From IMG/VR virus record IMGVR_UViG_3300047472_000309, positions 1 through 64,000 of that record: a DNA stretch of 64,000 bases. One strand, 5' to 3'. How positions within the stretch are numbered: the stretch's first letter is position 1; every line of letters starts with the position of its first letter. Of the stretch, positions 27,659-37,919 are shown in pieces. A program made the translations under genes and the position numbers. The notes below the pieces were generated by a model. The model was not told the origin of the DNA and did not search any database. It was given only the letters and a program-made list of their open reading frames with translations.

Positions 27659-27815
27659 CGCGTATGGGGGAGGCTTCGGCCTCCCTCTATGCCGCGCATC
27701 TGTTGCTTATCTTGTTATGAGACGTATTATCCAGTTTAAGCTGGTTTCTACGGGTCATCCCCGGTGAGACTATGATCTCAAACTGGCTGATCAATTAACG
27801 TAAACGGGTGACAAA

Positions 27816-30083
27816 ATTATACTGTTCGAACAGGATTGGTACCGTTATCCTACTGCGATCATCGACACCAAGACCACCAACAAAAGTTGGATTCGTCTGG
27901 CCGCAGTGTATCGCTCGATGGGTATTAAGAACCACGCATTCCTGCTTGCGCTCGTGAATCCGAAACTGCAAGGGGTGGACCCCTTCAGCAAAGATCTCAC
28001 ACCTGAGCAGATGTACATGATCGCGGTGGAGTGCAAGATCAATCCCTGGTACTTCTTCCGGGAAATCGCCCGCGCGCCGGGTAACTCCGGCTCCGACGCG
28101 GTACCGCTTGAAGCGAACCGGGCCAACATTGCACTTTATTGGTCTTTTTTTAACCACATCTTCTTTACGCTGATTCAGCCACGTCAGACGGGTAAGTCCT
28201 TCTCGACCGATACGTTGATGAGCTACCTGATGAACGTGGTCTGTACGGGCACCAGCATTAACCTGTTGACCAAGGACGACAACTTGCGCCGCAAGAACAT
28301 TGAGCGGATCAAGGAAATCATGTCGGAGTTGCCGCCGTACCTGAGCCAGCGTTCAAAGGACGATGCGCAAAACGGTGAAGAAATCACCGTCAAGGCGTTG
28401 AAGAACTCGTACAACACGCACGTGCCGCAATCGAGCCCGAAGCGTGCGTACAACATGGGACGTGGTCTGACGACAGCGATCTTCCACATCGACGAGCCGC
28501 CGTTCCAGCCGAATATCGCGATTGCGCTGCCTGCTGCGCTGGCTGCAACGGGTGCTGCAGTGGAGCGTGCCAAGGCCGCTGGCGCCCCGTACGGCACCAT
28601 CCTGACGACCACTGCCGGGAAGAAGGACGACAAGGACGGCCGCTTTATTTACAAGCTGCTGGAAGACTCGGCCTCGTGGACCGAGAAGTTCTTTGACTGC
28701 CAGAACTGGGCCGAACTGGATCGCATGGTGCGCCGCAATTCGCGCGCTGGGCTGTTCCGCATCAACGGTACCTTCAGTCACCGTCAGTTGGGTAAGAGCG
28801 ATGAGTGGCTCAAGCAGAAGATTGAAGAATCGCTGCAAACGGGGGACGACGCGAATCGAGATTACTTCAACCTGTGGACTTCGGGTACGGAAAGCTCACC
28901 GCTCTCCACCAGCACCGCCGAGATGATTGCCTCGTCGCGGCTGGATGAGCTCTACACCTCGATCAGTGATCCGGATGGCTACATCACGCGCTGGTATATC
29001 CCGGAAGAGGAGATTGCCACACGGATGGCAACAGGCAAGTTCGTGCTCGGCATGGATACGTCCGAAGCCGGTGGGGGCGATGACATCTCGCTCGTCTTGA
29101 TGGATGTGGAAACGCTCGAAGTGGTGGCAGCGGGCTCGTATAACGAAACCAACCTGATTACCTTCTCGAAGTGGGTGTGCGATACGCTTGTTAAGTACTC
29201 GAACATCACGGCCGTCATCGAGCGGCGTTCCACCGGGGCGATGTTGCTCGATTACCTGCTGCTGATGTTGCCTAACCATGGTGAAGATCCGTTTAAGCGC
29301 ATCTTTAACAAGGTGGTGCAGGATTACGACGAGTATCCGGATCGTTACAAGGAAATCAAGGTGCCGATCGGTCGGCGCCCGACCGACATCTACGTGCGCT
29401 ACAAGACCACGTTCGGCTTTGCCACCTCGGGTTCGGGGGCTAACAGTCGCAATGCCTTGTATGGTCAGGTGCTCCAGGCAGCTGCTCAGCGCAGTGGCAT
29501 GAAGGTGCACGACAAGATGCTGGCCGGTCAGATCCTGGGTCTCGTGTACAAGAACGGCCGGATCGACCACGAAGATGGCGAACACGATGACTTGGTGATT
29601 GGCTGGTTGCTCTGCCATTGGTTCCTCATGCATGGCAAGAACCTGCAACACTATGGCATCGATCCTCGCCAGGTCATGTGTGCAGTCAGGACCAAGCAAG
29701 CTGAGTCGCAAGAGGACTTCTTCCGGCGCATGGAGCAACAAACCGTGCGCAGTCGTATCGAGGAGATCTACAACGCGCTCACCGGCGAGCACGATGACTT
29801 TGTGGCCGCGCGTCTGGAGCAGGAGCTGCGTATGCTGGATAAGAAGATCATTCTCGAACAGGATGAAATCTATTCGGTGGATGAGCTCATCCGTAGCGCT
29901 CGGGAAACCAAGCGCAACAAGGTGCGTAACTCCAATCTGTATCAGCAGTCACAGCAGAATCAGTATCTCGGCCACAATACCGGAATGCTGGTGACGAGTG
30001 ACTTGCCGATCTCGCATGTGGATATGTTTGGTTCACCCGCGAACTACGGGGTGTACTCGACCGCCGCAGGCAGTCGTTGGTAA
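27816..30083 (+). CDS. terL: Terminase large subunit (phiKZ gp25-like); start probably at non-canonical ATT 27816
   Basis: Walker A QPRQTGKS, Walker B FHIDE, coupling motif TTT, nuclease motifs LGMDTS and HDDLVI. The frame is open upstream of the track's GTG 27906 through ILFEQDWYRYP to TAA 27801. Confidence 0.93.
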   Translation: MILFEQDWYRYPTAIIDTKTTNKSWIRLAAVYRSMGIKNHAFLLALVNPKLQGVDPFSKDLTPEQMYMIAVECKINPWYFFREIARAPGNSGSDAVPLEANRANIALYWSFFNHIFFTLIQPRQTGKSFSTDTLMSYLMNVVCTGTSINLLTKDDNLRRKNIERIKEIMSELPPYLSQRSKDDAQNGEEITVKALKNSYNTHVPQSSPKRAYNMGRGLTTAIFHIDEPPFQPNIAIALPAALAATGAAVERAKAAGAPYGTILTTTAGKKDDKDGRFIYKLLEDSASWTEKFFDCQNWAELDRMVRRNSRAGLFRINGTFSHRQLGKSDEWLKQKIEESLQTGDDANRDYFNLWTSGTESSPLSTSTAEMIASSRLDELYTSISDPDGYITRWYIPEEEIATRMATGKFVLGMDTSEAGGGDDISLVLMDVETLEVVAAGSYNETNLITFSKWVCDTLVKYSNITAVIERRSTGAMLLDYLLLMLPNHGEDPFKRIFNKVVQDYDEYPDRYKEIKVPIGRRPTDIYVRYKTTFGFATSGSGANSRNALYGQVLQAAAQRSGMKVHDKMLAGQILGLVYKNGRIDHEDGEHDDLVIGWLLCHWFLMHGKNLQHYGIDPRQVMCAVRTKQAESQEDFFRRMEQQTVRSRIEEIYNALTGEHDDFVAARLEQELRMLDKKIILEQDEIYSVDELIRSARETKRNKVRNSNLYQQSQQNQYLGHNTGMLVTSDLPISHVDMFGSPANYGVYSTAAGSRW

Positions 30084-30099
30084 GGCGTTGATGGCTTAA

Positions 30100-30139
30100 C
30101 GGCATAGAGCCCAGGGGGAAACCCCTGGGCCTTATGACG
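30100..30139. repeat. CGGCATA-hairpin-TATGACG palindrome
   Basis: CGGCATAGAGCCCAGGGGGAAACCCCTGGGCCTTATGACG between convergent genes. Confidence 0.8.
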
Positions 30140-30156
30140 CTTAGGATGCCACAGCG

Positions 30157-31923
30157 TTAGTTGGTTTGCCAGACCGCCATCGGGCACAGCGCCAGCTCGA
30201 GATCGTTCTCCGGCGTGCGGAAGAAGAACTTCACCACCAGCGTGCTGCCTGCCGCAATCGCCTGACCAATCGCCAGTTGAGAGGCCCACTGACTGATCGG
30301 GAACTCCACCGGCGCCTGGTTCGGGAGCAGGAGCGCGAACATGTTCGGCTCCGGTGCCTGCGTCTCGACGTTCGGATCGGTGAGCGGCTTGGCCGGGTAG
30401 TACACCTGATCGAGGAACGCGTCGAAGTCCGTGAGACCCTGATTGATGTACACCTGCATCAGGTTCTGGTTCACGAAGGTCGTCGATGCATGGGTGTTCA
30501 AGCCATACGCAGGCGTTTGACCCGGATCGTACGCGATGGTCCAGTTGGTGCCCGTCTTATCCGTCCCGTCACGATTGAGCACGAGACCGATGGTCTGCGT
30601 GAACTGCACGTTCTTGTAGGCGGGATTGACATCCGAGAGCTTCAACTGGACCTGCAACTGCTGATTCACCCCGTAGCCGTGCGGCAAGAAGGCCGGACTA
30701 TTGGGGGCGAACGTCACATACGGCGTGACCAGTTGCGCGAGGTTGCGATCGAGGTTAAAGAGGTACCAATCCAGATACCAGCCGTTGACCGAGTCAATGA
30801 AGCGCGGCACCGCAAAGAGCTTAAGCGTGTACGCGCCGTCGACATTCTCGGTCGTGGCGTTGTACGTTTCCTGGATAAAGGCTGCGCCACCCGAGCCGTC
30901 CACGTTCGCCGTAGCCCCGTACACCAGCTCGTCTTGCGACAGATTGTACTTGAGCACCAGCTTGAACTTCTGACCGACGATGGTCGCCACGTACGCATCC
31001 AGCCCGAAGAGCTGGAACTTGGTCCCATCCACCGGCATCGAGGCAGTGGTGCCATCCGAGTAATGGACCTGACCCATCAGGTTCAGACCATCCTTCGGCA
31101 CATTGATCGGGTAGACCAAGGTATTCGGATCGCTCGAGCTCATGAACGGCGAAGTCATCGAGATACCGGTGATGTACTTCTCGCTCGCATCGGTCGAGCG
31201 GATAAACGCCGTGTTCTCGATCAGCAGCTGACGCTTGGAGAGCACCGTACCATCCGCTGCGTAGATCACCACCGTAACAATCTCGCCATCGAGCAAGGCC
31301 ACTTTGGTGTAGCACTGCTTGACGACCTTCAGGGCCGTGGTGACCACGCCTTGTTGCGACGTTTGCACGACTTCCAGCGGCACGTTCTCGCCGAGCAGAT
31401 TGCCCGACTGATCGTAAAACGCCGAAATCACCGTGCCGTCGTCGCCCAGGATGGCGCCCTTGAAGATCTTCGCGTACGATGCCTGGCTACCCCCCACGAC
31501 CAGGCGCACGTCGACGGCCAACGAAAACGGCATCACGCTCTGATCGAGATAGCAGCGGTAGGTATCCGACTGCGTGCCAGGACCGACCCCCATTAAGAGA
31601 TCATCTTCGCTGAATTCCCCCGTGGCCGCGGTCGTGATGGAGACGAGCGTTGGAATGAGCGTGGTTTGGTCCAGAGCCGCGACCCGATACCACGCATTGG
31701 AGCCCGGTGAGTTATCCACCACGTAGTCGCCGACATTGGGGACGTACATGTTGGTGCCCGCCAGACCACGATAGATCTCGGACAATGCCCAGATCCGAAA
31801 CCCGCTGTCCGGGTTATAGACGGGGACACCCCCGTCCGTGCCCGTGACGCTGGTATTCCCAATGGATGCGCCGAGGGTAGCCCCCAGCGGCATCGTTAGG
31901 GTTGATTTACCCAAGACGTCCAT
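30157..31923 (-). CDS. Virion structural protein (phiKZ gp26-like)
   Basis: 588 aa, beta-rich; start overlaps the upstream stop (TAATG); synteny. Confidence 0.8.
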   Translation of the reverse strand: MDVLGKSTLTMPLGATLGASIGNTSVTGTDGGVPVYNPDSGFRIWALSEIYRGLAGTNMYVPNVGDYVVDNSPGSNAWYRVAALDQTTLIPTLVSITTAATGEFSEDDLLMGVGPGTQSDTYRCYLDQSVMPFSLAVDVRLVVGGSQASYAKIFKGAILGDDGTVISAFYDQSGNLLGENVPLEVVQTSQQGVVTTALKVVKQCYTKVALLDGEIVTVVIYAADGTVLSKRQLLIENTAFIRSTDASEKYITGISMTSPFMSSSDPNTLVYPINVPKDGLNLMGQVHYSDGTTASMPVDGTKFQLFGLDAYVATIVGQKFKLVLKYNLSQDELVYGATANVDGSGGAAFIQETYNATTENVDGAYTLKLFAVPRFIDSVNGWYLDWYLFNLDRNLAQLVTPYVTFAPNSPAFLPHGYGVNQQLQVQLKLSDVNPAYKNVQFTQTIGLVLNRDGTDKTGTNWTIAYDPGQTPAYGLNTHASTTFVNQNLMQVYINQGLTDFDAFLDQVYYPAKPLTDPNVETQAPEPNMFALLLPNQAPVEFPISQWASQLAIGQAIAAGSTLVVKFFFRTPENDLELALCPMAVWQTN

Positions 31924-34496
31924 TAACTTCCACCTGTGTAGTTTTGGATGTTGACAAAGTTGGCCAGATTCACCAACCCATTCAGATACAGGTTGACTGC
32001 GCGCAGCAAGAACTTGTAGTGGTAGATCGAGGTGCCAATCACCGTCATCAAGTCATGCGGATGGATTTCGACAAAGCGCAGGTCCGGTGTATTGGCCGGT
32101 TGTGTCGGGTCCATCGTGAGCAGGTACTCGTACGGCGCACACAGCTCGCGCACCACGTCGTCGTTGTACTGCAGGTACATGCGCGGATCATCCAGCAAGC
32201 CATTGTTCATGTCGTACAACAGCTTGCAGGCAAAGGGACTGTAGACTGCCCACTTCTGTTCGATCTGATCCGGCCCGTCCGGTTGCGGCATCGGGTAGTA
32301 CTGCGACATGTAGTCGCTCACCACCTGATCCGTTTCCATGGCGATTGCCCGCAACGAATACGTGTCAGTCGTGGTCAGTCCACGCAACGGCACCACGAGG
32401 TCGCGCACCAAGTACGGCGTACCATTCAGGGCATTGGGGGCCGAGACCCCCGCATTGCCTTCCTGGAACAGCAGCGCTGAACGATCGAGCGTCGCCCCAT
32501 TCACCTGGATGCGCAACACCTTATCGTCACGGATGTCAAAGCGGTTGTTATCCGACAGAAGCCCGTACTGGATAAAACCCTTGTCATCTTGCGGCGTGCG
32601 TGACTGGTCGGCATTGCAAAAGCCCGTGAAGCGAATGTCCACATGCTGCGTGCTGTTGCTCGCCATCCGAAACGCCTTGTTGACGATCACGATCTGCGGG
32701 AAATTGACGTAGTAGTCAATATTCTCCACCAGCGCCTTGCCATTTAACCACAGGTCCAGCTCCCCCATCGGGATCTGCATGGTCCAGTTGGTCGTCTGGT
32801 TATTGCGATGCATGCGGTGCGAGAGCGTGAATTCCAACAAGCCGTCGGTGGTGGTCAGATCCAGCGAATACGCTAAGAAGAAGCGATCTCCGCGTACCAG
32901 CGTATAGAACTTGGTCGGGTCCACCAGCCAGGTGAGCTTGCCATTCGCGTCCACTGCGTACGCACCCGAGCCCGTTACATCGGTCCAGACGTTGGTTGGC
33001 ACTCCACCCACGATCGGACAGGTATACATCCGGTAATCGGTCGCTGAATCAAGCGTTTGCGACGTGATCCCGTAGGTCTCATCGAGCTGGGTATTGCCTG
33101 TGCCCGAAATGAGCTCCACCAGCGTTGCATTCGAGTAACCGCACGCGTAGATCGAGCCTGCCTGGTGTGAGGTCCAGCCCAGCAGCGTGCCAGTGCTGTC
33201 GTACTCGTAGCCAGTGGACTTTACCTGCAAGCCATATGGCACATCTACCACGTTCTGGCTGGATTCGACCCGCACTTGCTGCGGCGTATCACCCAGCAGC
33301 TTACTGATCGCGTTGTAGCCCAGCGCATCTTCGACTTCGGCCTTGGAGAGCACCGGCATGAGCGAGCCCATGATCTGCGTATAGGTCGACGACTCCAGGT
33401 TCGCTGCTTTCCAGTTCTCGACGTTCGAGTTGATCCCGAGCATCGCCCCGCGGATCAAGTTATCCGGCAGCTTGTAGAGCTCGTGGATGCGGTTATGCTC
33501 GAATACCAGTGAACGGTTCCAGCCGCCGTTGCGAATGTGCAGCCGCACGTAGCACTGCATCGGGTCCCAGCCCTGGTCCGAACAGAAGGCATTTACATAG
33601 GCCGGAACGATCGCATAGTCTTTGTGTGTGACCATGCGCAGACTATCGCCTGCATTGCGATGGTAATACACGCCCTTCCAGCGATTGGAGGGTTGCGGCT
33701 GGCAGACGTACACGTCGATGTCGTCTTCGTAGTCGATCTCGTTGACGTTACCCGCGTAGTGGAGGAGCCACTTTTGCTTGGTGTCGAGCGTGCTGGTGAA
33801 CGACTGCAGGTCACTGACCTTAAAATCCACCACCTTGTAGATTGAGGCGTCATAAACGAATTCGACCACATCGCCGACGTTGACCGTGAACAGATCGATC
33901 TGACTGACCTTGTAGCCATTCACGTACGCATACACCACACCTTGCTTGGCGCTGTACGCAGCCAGATCGTTTTGCAACGTCAGGATCGCGTCGGTGTTCA
34001 GTGGGGTACGGCCCTCGACATAGACCTTTGCACTCGCATCAGTGGCCGCTTGCGACTTGTAATACGCGTTGCTATAGACCCGCAAGAAAAGCGGCTCGGT
34101 GTCGAGGTTGATGTTGATCTTCGGCTGCACTTGCACCGCGACGATCAGGTTGTGATTCTCCGTGATCATGTACCAACTTTGCGTACGTGGCATTTGCAGG
34201 CCACTGTTCGCATATAGGTCCACCATCAGGTTCTCTTTGTTGCACGCGGCAGCAAACGTATTCCAGGTCCACTTGGGGTAGATCCCCAGCAGCATCGGGT
34301 TGACTTGGCCGATCGAGTAGACATGAAAGCGCGTCTTCTTGACCGGGAACCAGACCGTATTGTTCTGAACCTTGAAATAATTGAACGCACCCCCCACCGG
34401 AGTCAGACGAGCCAGTTCAAGGATCGCCTGATTATCCTGGTAGGGAGCACACCACACGTTTGACAGCGCGTATGCTTCGAGGTAATCGTAAGCCAT
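31923..34496 (-). CDS. Virion structural / baseplate protein (phiKZ gp27-like)
   Basis: 857 aa, N-terminal NVWCAPYQD; located between terminase and sheath. Confidence 0.8.
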   Translation of the reverse strand: MAYDYLEAYALSNVWCAPYQDNQAILELARLTPVGGAFNYFKVQNNTVWFPVKKTRFHVYSIGQVNPMLLGIYPKWTWNTFAAACNKENLMVDLYANSGLQMPRTQSWYMITENHNLIVAVQVQPKININLDTEPLFLRVYSNAYYKSQAATDASAKVYVEGRTPLNTDAILTLQNDLAAYSAKQGVVYAYVNGYKVSQIDLFTVNVGDVVEFVYDASIYKVVDFKVSDLQSFTSTLDTKQKWLLHYAGNVNEIDYEDDIDVYVCQPQPSNRWKGVYYHRNAGDSLRMVTHKDYAIVPAYVNAFCSDQGWDPMQCYVRLHIRNGGWNRSLVFEHNRIHELYKLPDNLIRGAMLGINSNVENWKAANLESSTYTQIMGSLMPVLSKAEVEDALGYNAISKLLGDTPQQVRVESSQNVVDVPYGLQVKSTGYEYDSTGTLLGWTSHQAGSIYACGYSNATLVELISGTGNTQLDETYGITSQTLDSATDYRMYTCPIVGGVPTNVWTDVTGSGAYAVDANGKLTWLVDPTKFYTLVRGDRFFLAYSLDLTTTDGLLEFTLSHRMHRNNQTTNWTMQIPMGELDLWLNGKALVENIDYYVNFPQIVIVNKAFRMASNSTQHVDIRFTGFCNADQSRTPQDDKGFIQYGLLSDNNRFDIRDDKVLRIQVNGATLDRSALLFQEGNAGVSAPNALNGTPYLVRDLVVPLRGLTTTDTYSLRAIAMETDQVVSDYMSQYYPMPQPDGPDQIEQKWAVYSPFACKLLYDMNNGLLDDPRMYLQYNDDVVRELCAPYEYLLTMDPTQPANTPDLRFVEIHPHDLMTVIGTSIYHYKFLLRAVNLYLNGLVNLANFVNIQNYTGGS

Positions 34497-34513
34497 AGCC
34501 TGCCTTGGAGAAG

Positions 34514-35431
34514 TTACTTGCCCATCGCCACGTTCACGAGGTTCACGATCTGGCGCGCGAACTGCTGGTTCACCGACATGCTCGAGCGCTCAGCAATCTT
34601 GGCGATCTGCGAGTTCTTGAAGGTGCGTTCGCTGGTTGCTGCCATCATGATGGAGAGCCAGGTGGGCGGATGTTCGAGGGCCACGGCAATGAGTTCCGGT
34701 GCGTTCGGTCCGAACCAGGTACGGCCCAGAATCTGGTAAAGCACCCCGACGTTAAAATCTTGCAGGCGGATCGACCCCGTCACTTCTTCAGCACGATCAC
34801 AGAACTCTTTGATGCCTGTGAGCGGTGCGGTGAACTGATCGAGCACGTCGAGCACGTCCGTGTTTTTCGCGTGCGTGTTCTTCGCAATCGACTGCACCAT
34901 GCGCAGCTTATCGCGCTCGGTAAGCTCCTTCATGTCGGTGAAGAGCGACTGATAGAAAAAGCCCGTGTAGACCGCCAGCTTCATCTGTTCGAGCGGATCG
35001 AGCGCAAAGCGACGCGCGACGTTCTCGCTCACCCAGGCACAGAACACCTGCATGGCAAAGGGCGACACATCGCGCAGCACTTCGGCCGGGTGCGACAGCC
35101 AGATGGAGTTCAGCTTGGCGCGAAACACCAGCAGATCGTATTCGATCGGGTTGCGTACGACGAACTCGCGCTGATGCGGATTCCATTTGCCAAAGGGTCG
35201 CGTGTCGATGACGAGATCGAGTTGGCTGCCTTCACGCTCGATGAGGAGCGGATGCAAAAAGCTCGGGATGGTGGAGGTGAGCGTATCGCTGCCGTCGACC
35301 TGACGGATGGGCGTATCGGCTACCGGGCTCAGCCAGCCCACGGTCATTGCTTTGGCGACTTCGCCTTGGAGCTTACTGACCGCGAAGCCTTCGCAAGCTT
35401 TCGTGTCGTAGGCTGTTCTGAAGATACTCAT
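34514..35431 (-). CDS. Conserved protein (phiKZ gp28-like)
   Basis: 305 aa, ALEHPPTW motif; divergent from the tail sheath gene. Confidence 0.75.
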   Translation of the reverse strand: MSIFRTAYDTKACEGFAVSKLQGEVAKAMTVGWLSPVADTPIRQVDGSDTLTSTIPSFLHPLLIEREGSQLDLVIDTRPFGKWNPHQREFVVRNPIEYDLLVFRAKLNSIWLSHPAEVLRDVSPFAMQVFCAWVSENVARRFALDPLEQMKLAVYTGFFYQSLFTDMKELTERDKLRMVQSIAKNTHAKNTDVLDVLDQFTAPLTGIKEFCDRAEEVTGSIRLQDFNVGVLYQILGRTWFGPNAPELIAVALEHPPTWLSIMMAATSERTFKNSQIAKIAERSSMSVNQQFARQIVNLVNVAMGK

Positions 35432-35714
35432 GTTTCATCCCAGAGTGGTTGGGGTCGCGTGGACCAAAGTGTCTATTCATAGTGAAAACTTACTGCCCAT
35501 CCTATGGCGATTTTTACTTGGGCGCTTTGCAGCTCGAAAGTCCCCGTCTGTAGCAGCCCCGGCGAATTAAATTTTAAATACTTATGACTGACATTTTCCT
35601 GCAGCTGGTGTTTTTGGCCAACTGATTTGGAGGGATACGGTCAGCCTCACCAGAGGACGCCAGGATGTTCAGCATCGTCTTCGAAACCATACCATTCAAC
35701 TAAGGAATCGCGAA

Positions 35715-37853
35715 ATGGCGAATGCAATTATCAACGCCGCTCCGATGACGAACTTCCTCGGCGTGCAGGATAACAGCACCCGAGCACTGGTTCCGATTCC
35801 GGAGAACCTGCCGACCCACCTGGCGAAGGTCTATCTGTATACGCAGACTGGCCCTGGCCCGAATCAGCCGATGCTGGTTGGCGGTGACGGCATGACCCAG
35901 ATGTACGGTGCCGACTCGTTCGACTATTTGAAGTCGTACGCGAACCACCAAACCGTGCTGGCCAATACGCTCAATGCAGCGGGCAACCAGATGATGATCG
36001 AGCGGGTCATTCCGACGGACGCAGCGCCGCGCGCGAACCTGCGCGTCTACCTCGATGTGCTGCCGACCAACGTGCCGGACTATGTCCGTAACGTGGACGG
36101 CTCGATCAAGCTCGACACGGGCGGCAACCCGGTGCAAGTGACCGGCGAAGGCGCCACGATCGCAGGCTACCAAGTGAAGTGGGTCACGGCCTACATCACC
36201 CCGGAAGAAGACGGCACGACCACCTTCGGCGCGGGCACGATCATTCCGGGCGACATGACCGATGGCACGTCCGCTCAATCGCAGCGCTACCCGATCCTCG
36301 ATCTGGAAGTGCCGCATATCGGTGCCGAAGGCAACTGGCACGGCTTCCGTATGTGGGCGCCCACCTCGGTGTCGAGCACGCCGATCAACGACGCGTATAT
36401 CACGGATGACTTGATGTATCCGTTCCGCTTCGCGTTCGCTAACAAGCCGAGCGCCAACGGTACGGCTGCCATTGTGGCAGGCCGCGATGGCTCGCAGTAC
36501 TACGATCTCGGCTTCAAGCCGGGCGTGATCGACAAGTCGACGACGCAGAAAATGTACGTCGGCGATCGCCTGATCCAGGCTTACCAGAATCTGCAACCGA
36601 CCGACGGTACGCCGCCGGTGTGGGGTCCGTTCGGCAAGCTCAAAGTGTACGACGACAATGTCGCCACGGTGCTGGCGCTGTTCTACGCAGCCGAGTTCCC
36701 GGTGGCGGGTGCCTTCAGCGACTTCACGGGCGCAGCAGGCGAGCAGTATCTGTTCAACTTCGTCTCGGGCGTGTCGAGCCAGAACGTGCCGTATCATTCG
36801 TTCCAGGTCGTCACGCAAGCGGCCAATGCCGTGCGCTTCACGCAGAATTCGACGATCTACGCATCGGGCGGATCGGACGGCACGATGAATGATGCGTCGT
36901 TCGCCACGCTGGTCTCTGCTGCAGTCGCCGGTTACGCTGATCCGAATGCGTACCTGCAAGATACGGCCACGTATCCGGAATCGATCCTGTACGACACGGG
37001 CTTCCCGCTCGCAACGAAGTACGATCTGTGCCAGTTCATCTCGGTCCGTAAGGATACCGCGGTGGTGCTCTCCGTCTACGACGGCAGCGGCCAGGTGATG
37101 ACGGCGGCTCAGGAATCGGCGCTCGCGATCGCACTGCGCACGCGTTTGCAGATGTACCCGGAGTCGGACTACTTCGGCACCGCCACGATGCGCGGCATGA
37201 TCATCGGTCGCTCCGGTACGTTGATCAACAGCCTGTACGGCAAGCGTTTGCCGCTCACCATCGAGTTCGCCGCGAAGGCAGCGAAGTACATGGGTTCGGG
37301 CGACGGCGTGTGGAAGTCGGTGTACTCGTTCGACAGCGACCCGTTGAATCAAGTCACGCTGATGACGGACATCAACGTGACCTTCACGCCTGCCTCGGTG
37401 CGCAACAGCGACTGGGACAACGGTCTCGTGTGGGTGGAATCGTACGGCCGTCGCTCGTACTACTTCCCGGCGTTCAAGACGGTGTACGACGACGACACCT
37501 CGGTGCTCACCAGCTTCTTCACCATGATGGGCTGCGTGGAACTCGAGAAGGTCGGCGACCGTATTCGGCGCAAATTCAGCGGCAACAGCAAGCTGAAGCC
37601 TGGCCAGTTGGTCGACCAGGTGAACAAGGAAGCGGTGAAGCAGACGAACCAGCGCTTCGATGGTCGCTTCACGATCATCCCGAACTGCTACTTCACGGCA
37701 GACGACACGCAACGCGGCTACAGCTGGACGCTGATGCTGAAGATCTACGCGGACAACATGGATACGGTGGAAACACTGATCATCCAGGCGAACCGTTCGT
37801 CGGATCTGTCGACCACCTCGGGTGGTACGGCCCAGCAGCTGATCGCGACCTAA
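35715..37853 (+). CDS. Contractile tail sheath protein (phiKZ gp29-like)
   Basis: 712 aa, YDTGFP and SDYFGT motifs, strong codon bias, followed by the tube gene. Confidence 0.92.
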   Translation: MANAIINAAPMTNFLGVQDNSTRALVPIPENLPTHLAKVYLYTQTGPGPNQPMLVGGDGMTQMYGADSFDYLKSYANHQTVLANTLNAAGNQMMIERVIPTDAAPRANLRVYLDVLPTNVPDYVRNVDGSIKLDTGGNPVQVTGEGATIAGYQVKWVTAYITPEEDGTTTFGAGTIIPGDMTDGTSAQSQRYPILDLEVPHIGAEGNWHGFRMWAPTSVSSTPINDAYITDDLMYPFRFAFANKPSANGTAAIVAGRDGSQYYDLGFKPGVIDKSTTQKMYVGDRLIQAYQNLQPTDGTPPVWGPFGKLKVYDDNVATVLALFYAAEFPVAGAFSDFTGAAGEQYLFNFVSGVSSQNVPYHSFQVVTQAANAVRFTQNSTIYASGGSDGTMNDASFATLVSAAVAGYADPNAYLQDTATYPESILYDTGFPLATKYDLCQFISVRKDTAVVLSVYDGSGQVMTAAQESALAIALRTRLQMYPESDYFGTATMRGMIIGRSGTLINSLYGKRLPLTIEFAAKAAKYMGSGDGVWKSVYSFDSDPLNQVTLMTDINVTFTPASVRNSDWDNGLVWVESYGRRSYYFPAFKTVYDDDTSVLTSFFTMMGCVELEKVGDRIRRKFSGNSKLKPGQLVDQVNKEAVKQTNQRFDGRFTIIPNCYFTADDTQRGYSWTLMLKIYADNMDTVETLIIQANRSSDLSTTSGGTAQQLIAT

Positions 37854-37919
37854 GCAATCCACGGGTGGGGGAGCCACGGCTCCCTCTCTAGCTGACATTC
37901 TTAAGAACAGGAGTTTTAC

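Noticed and set aside
27772-27821. Mini group I intron joining ATG-ATC to CTG-TTC of terminase
   Set aside because: Only about 45 nt, no catalytic core, and U/G splice boundaries do not restore the frame
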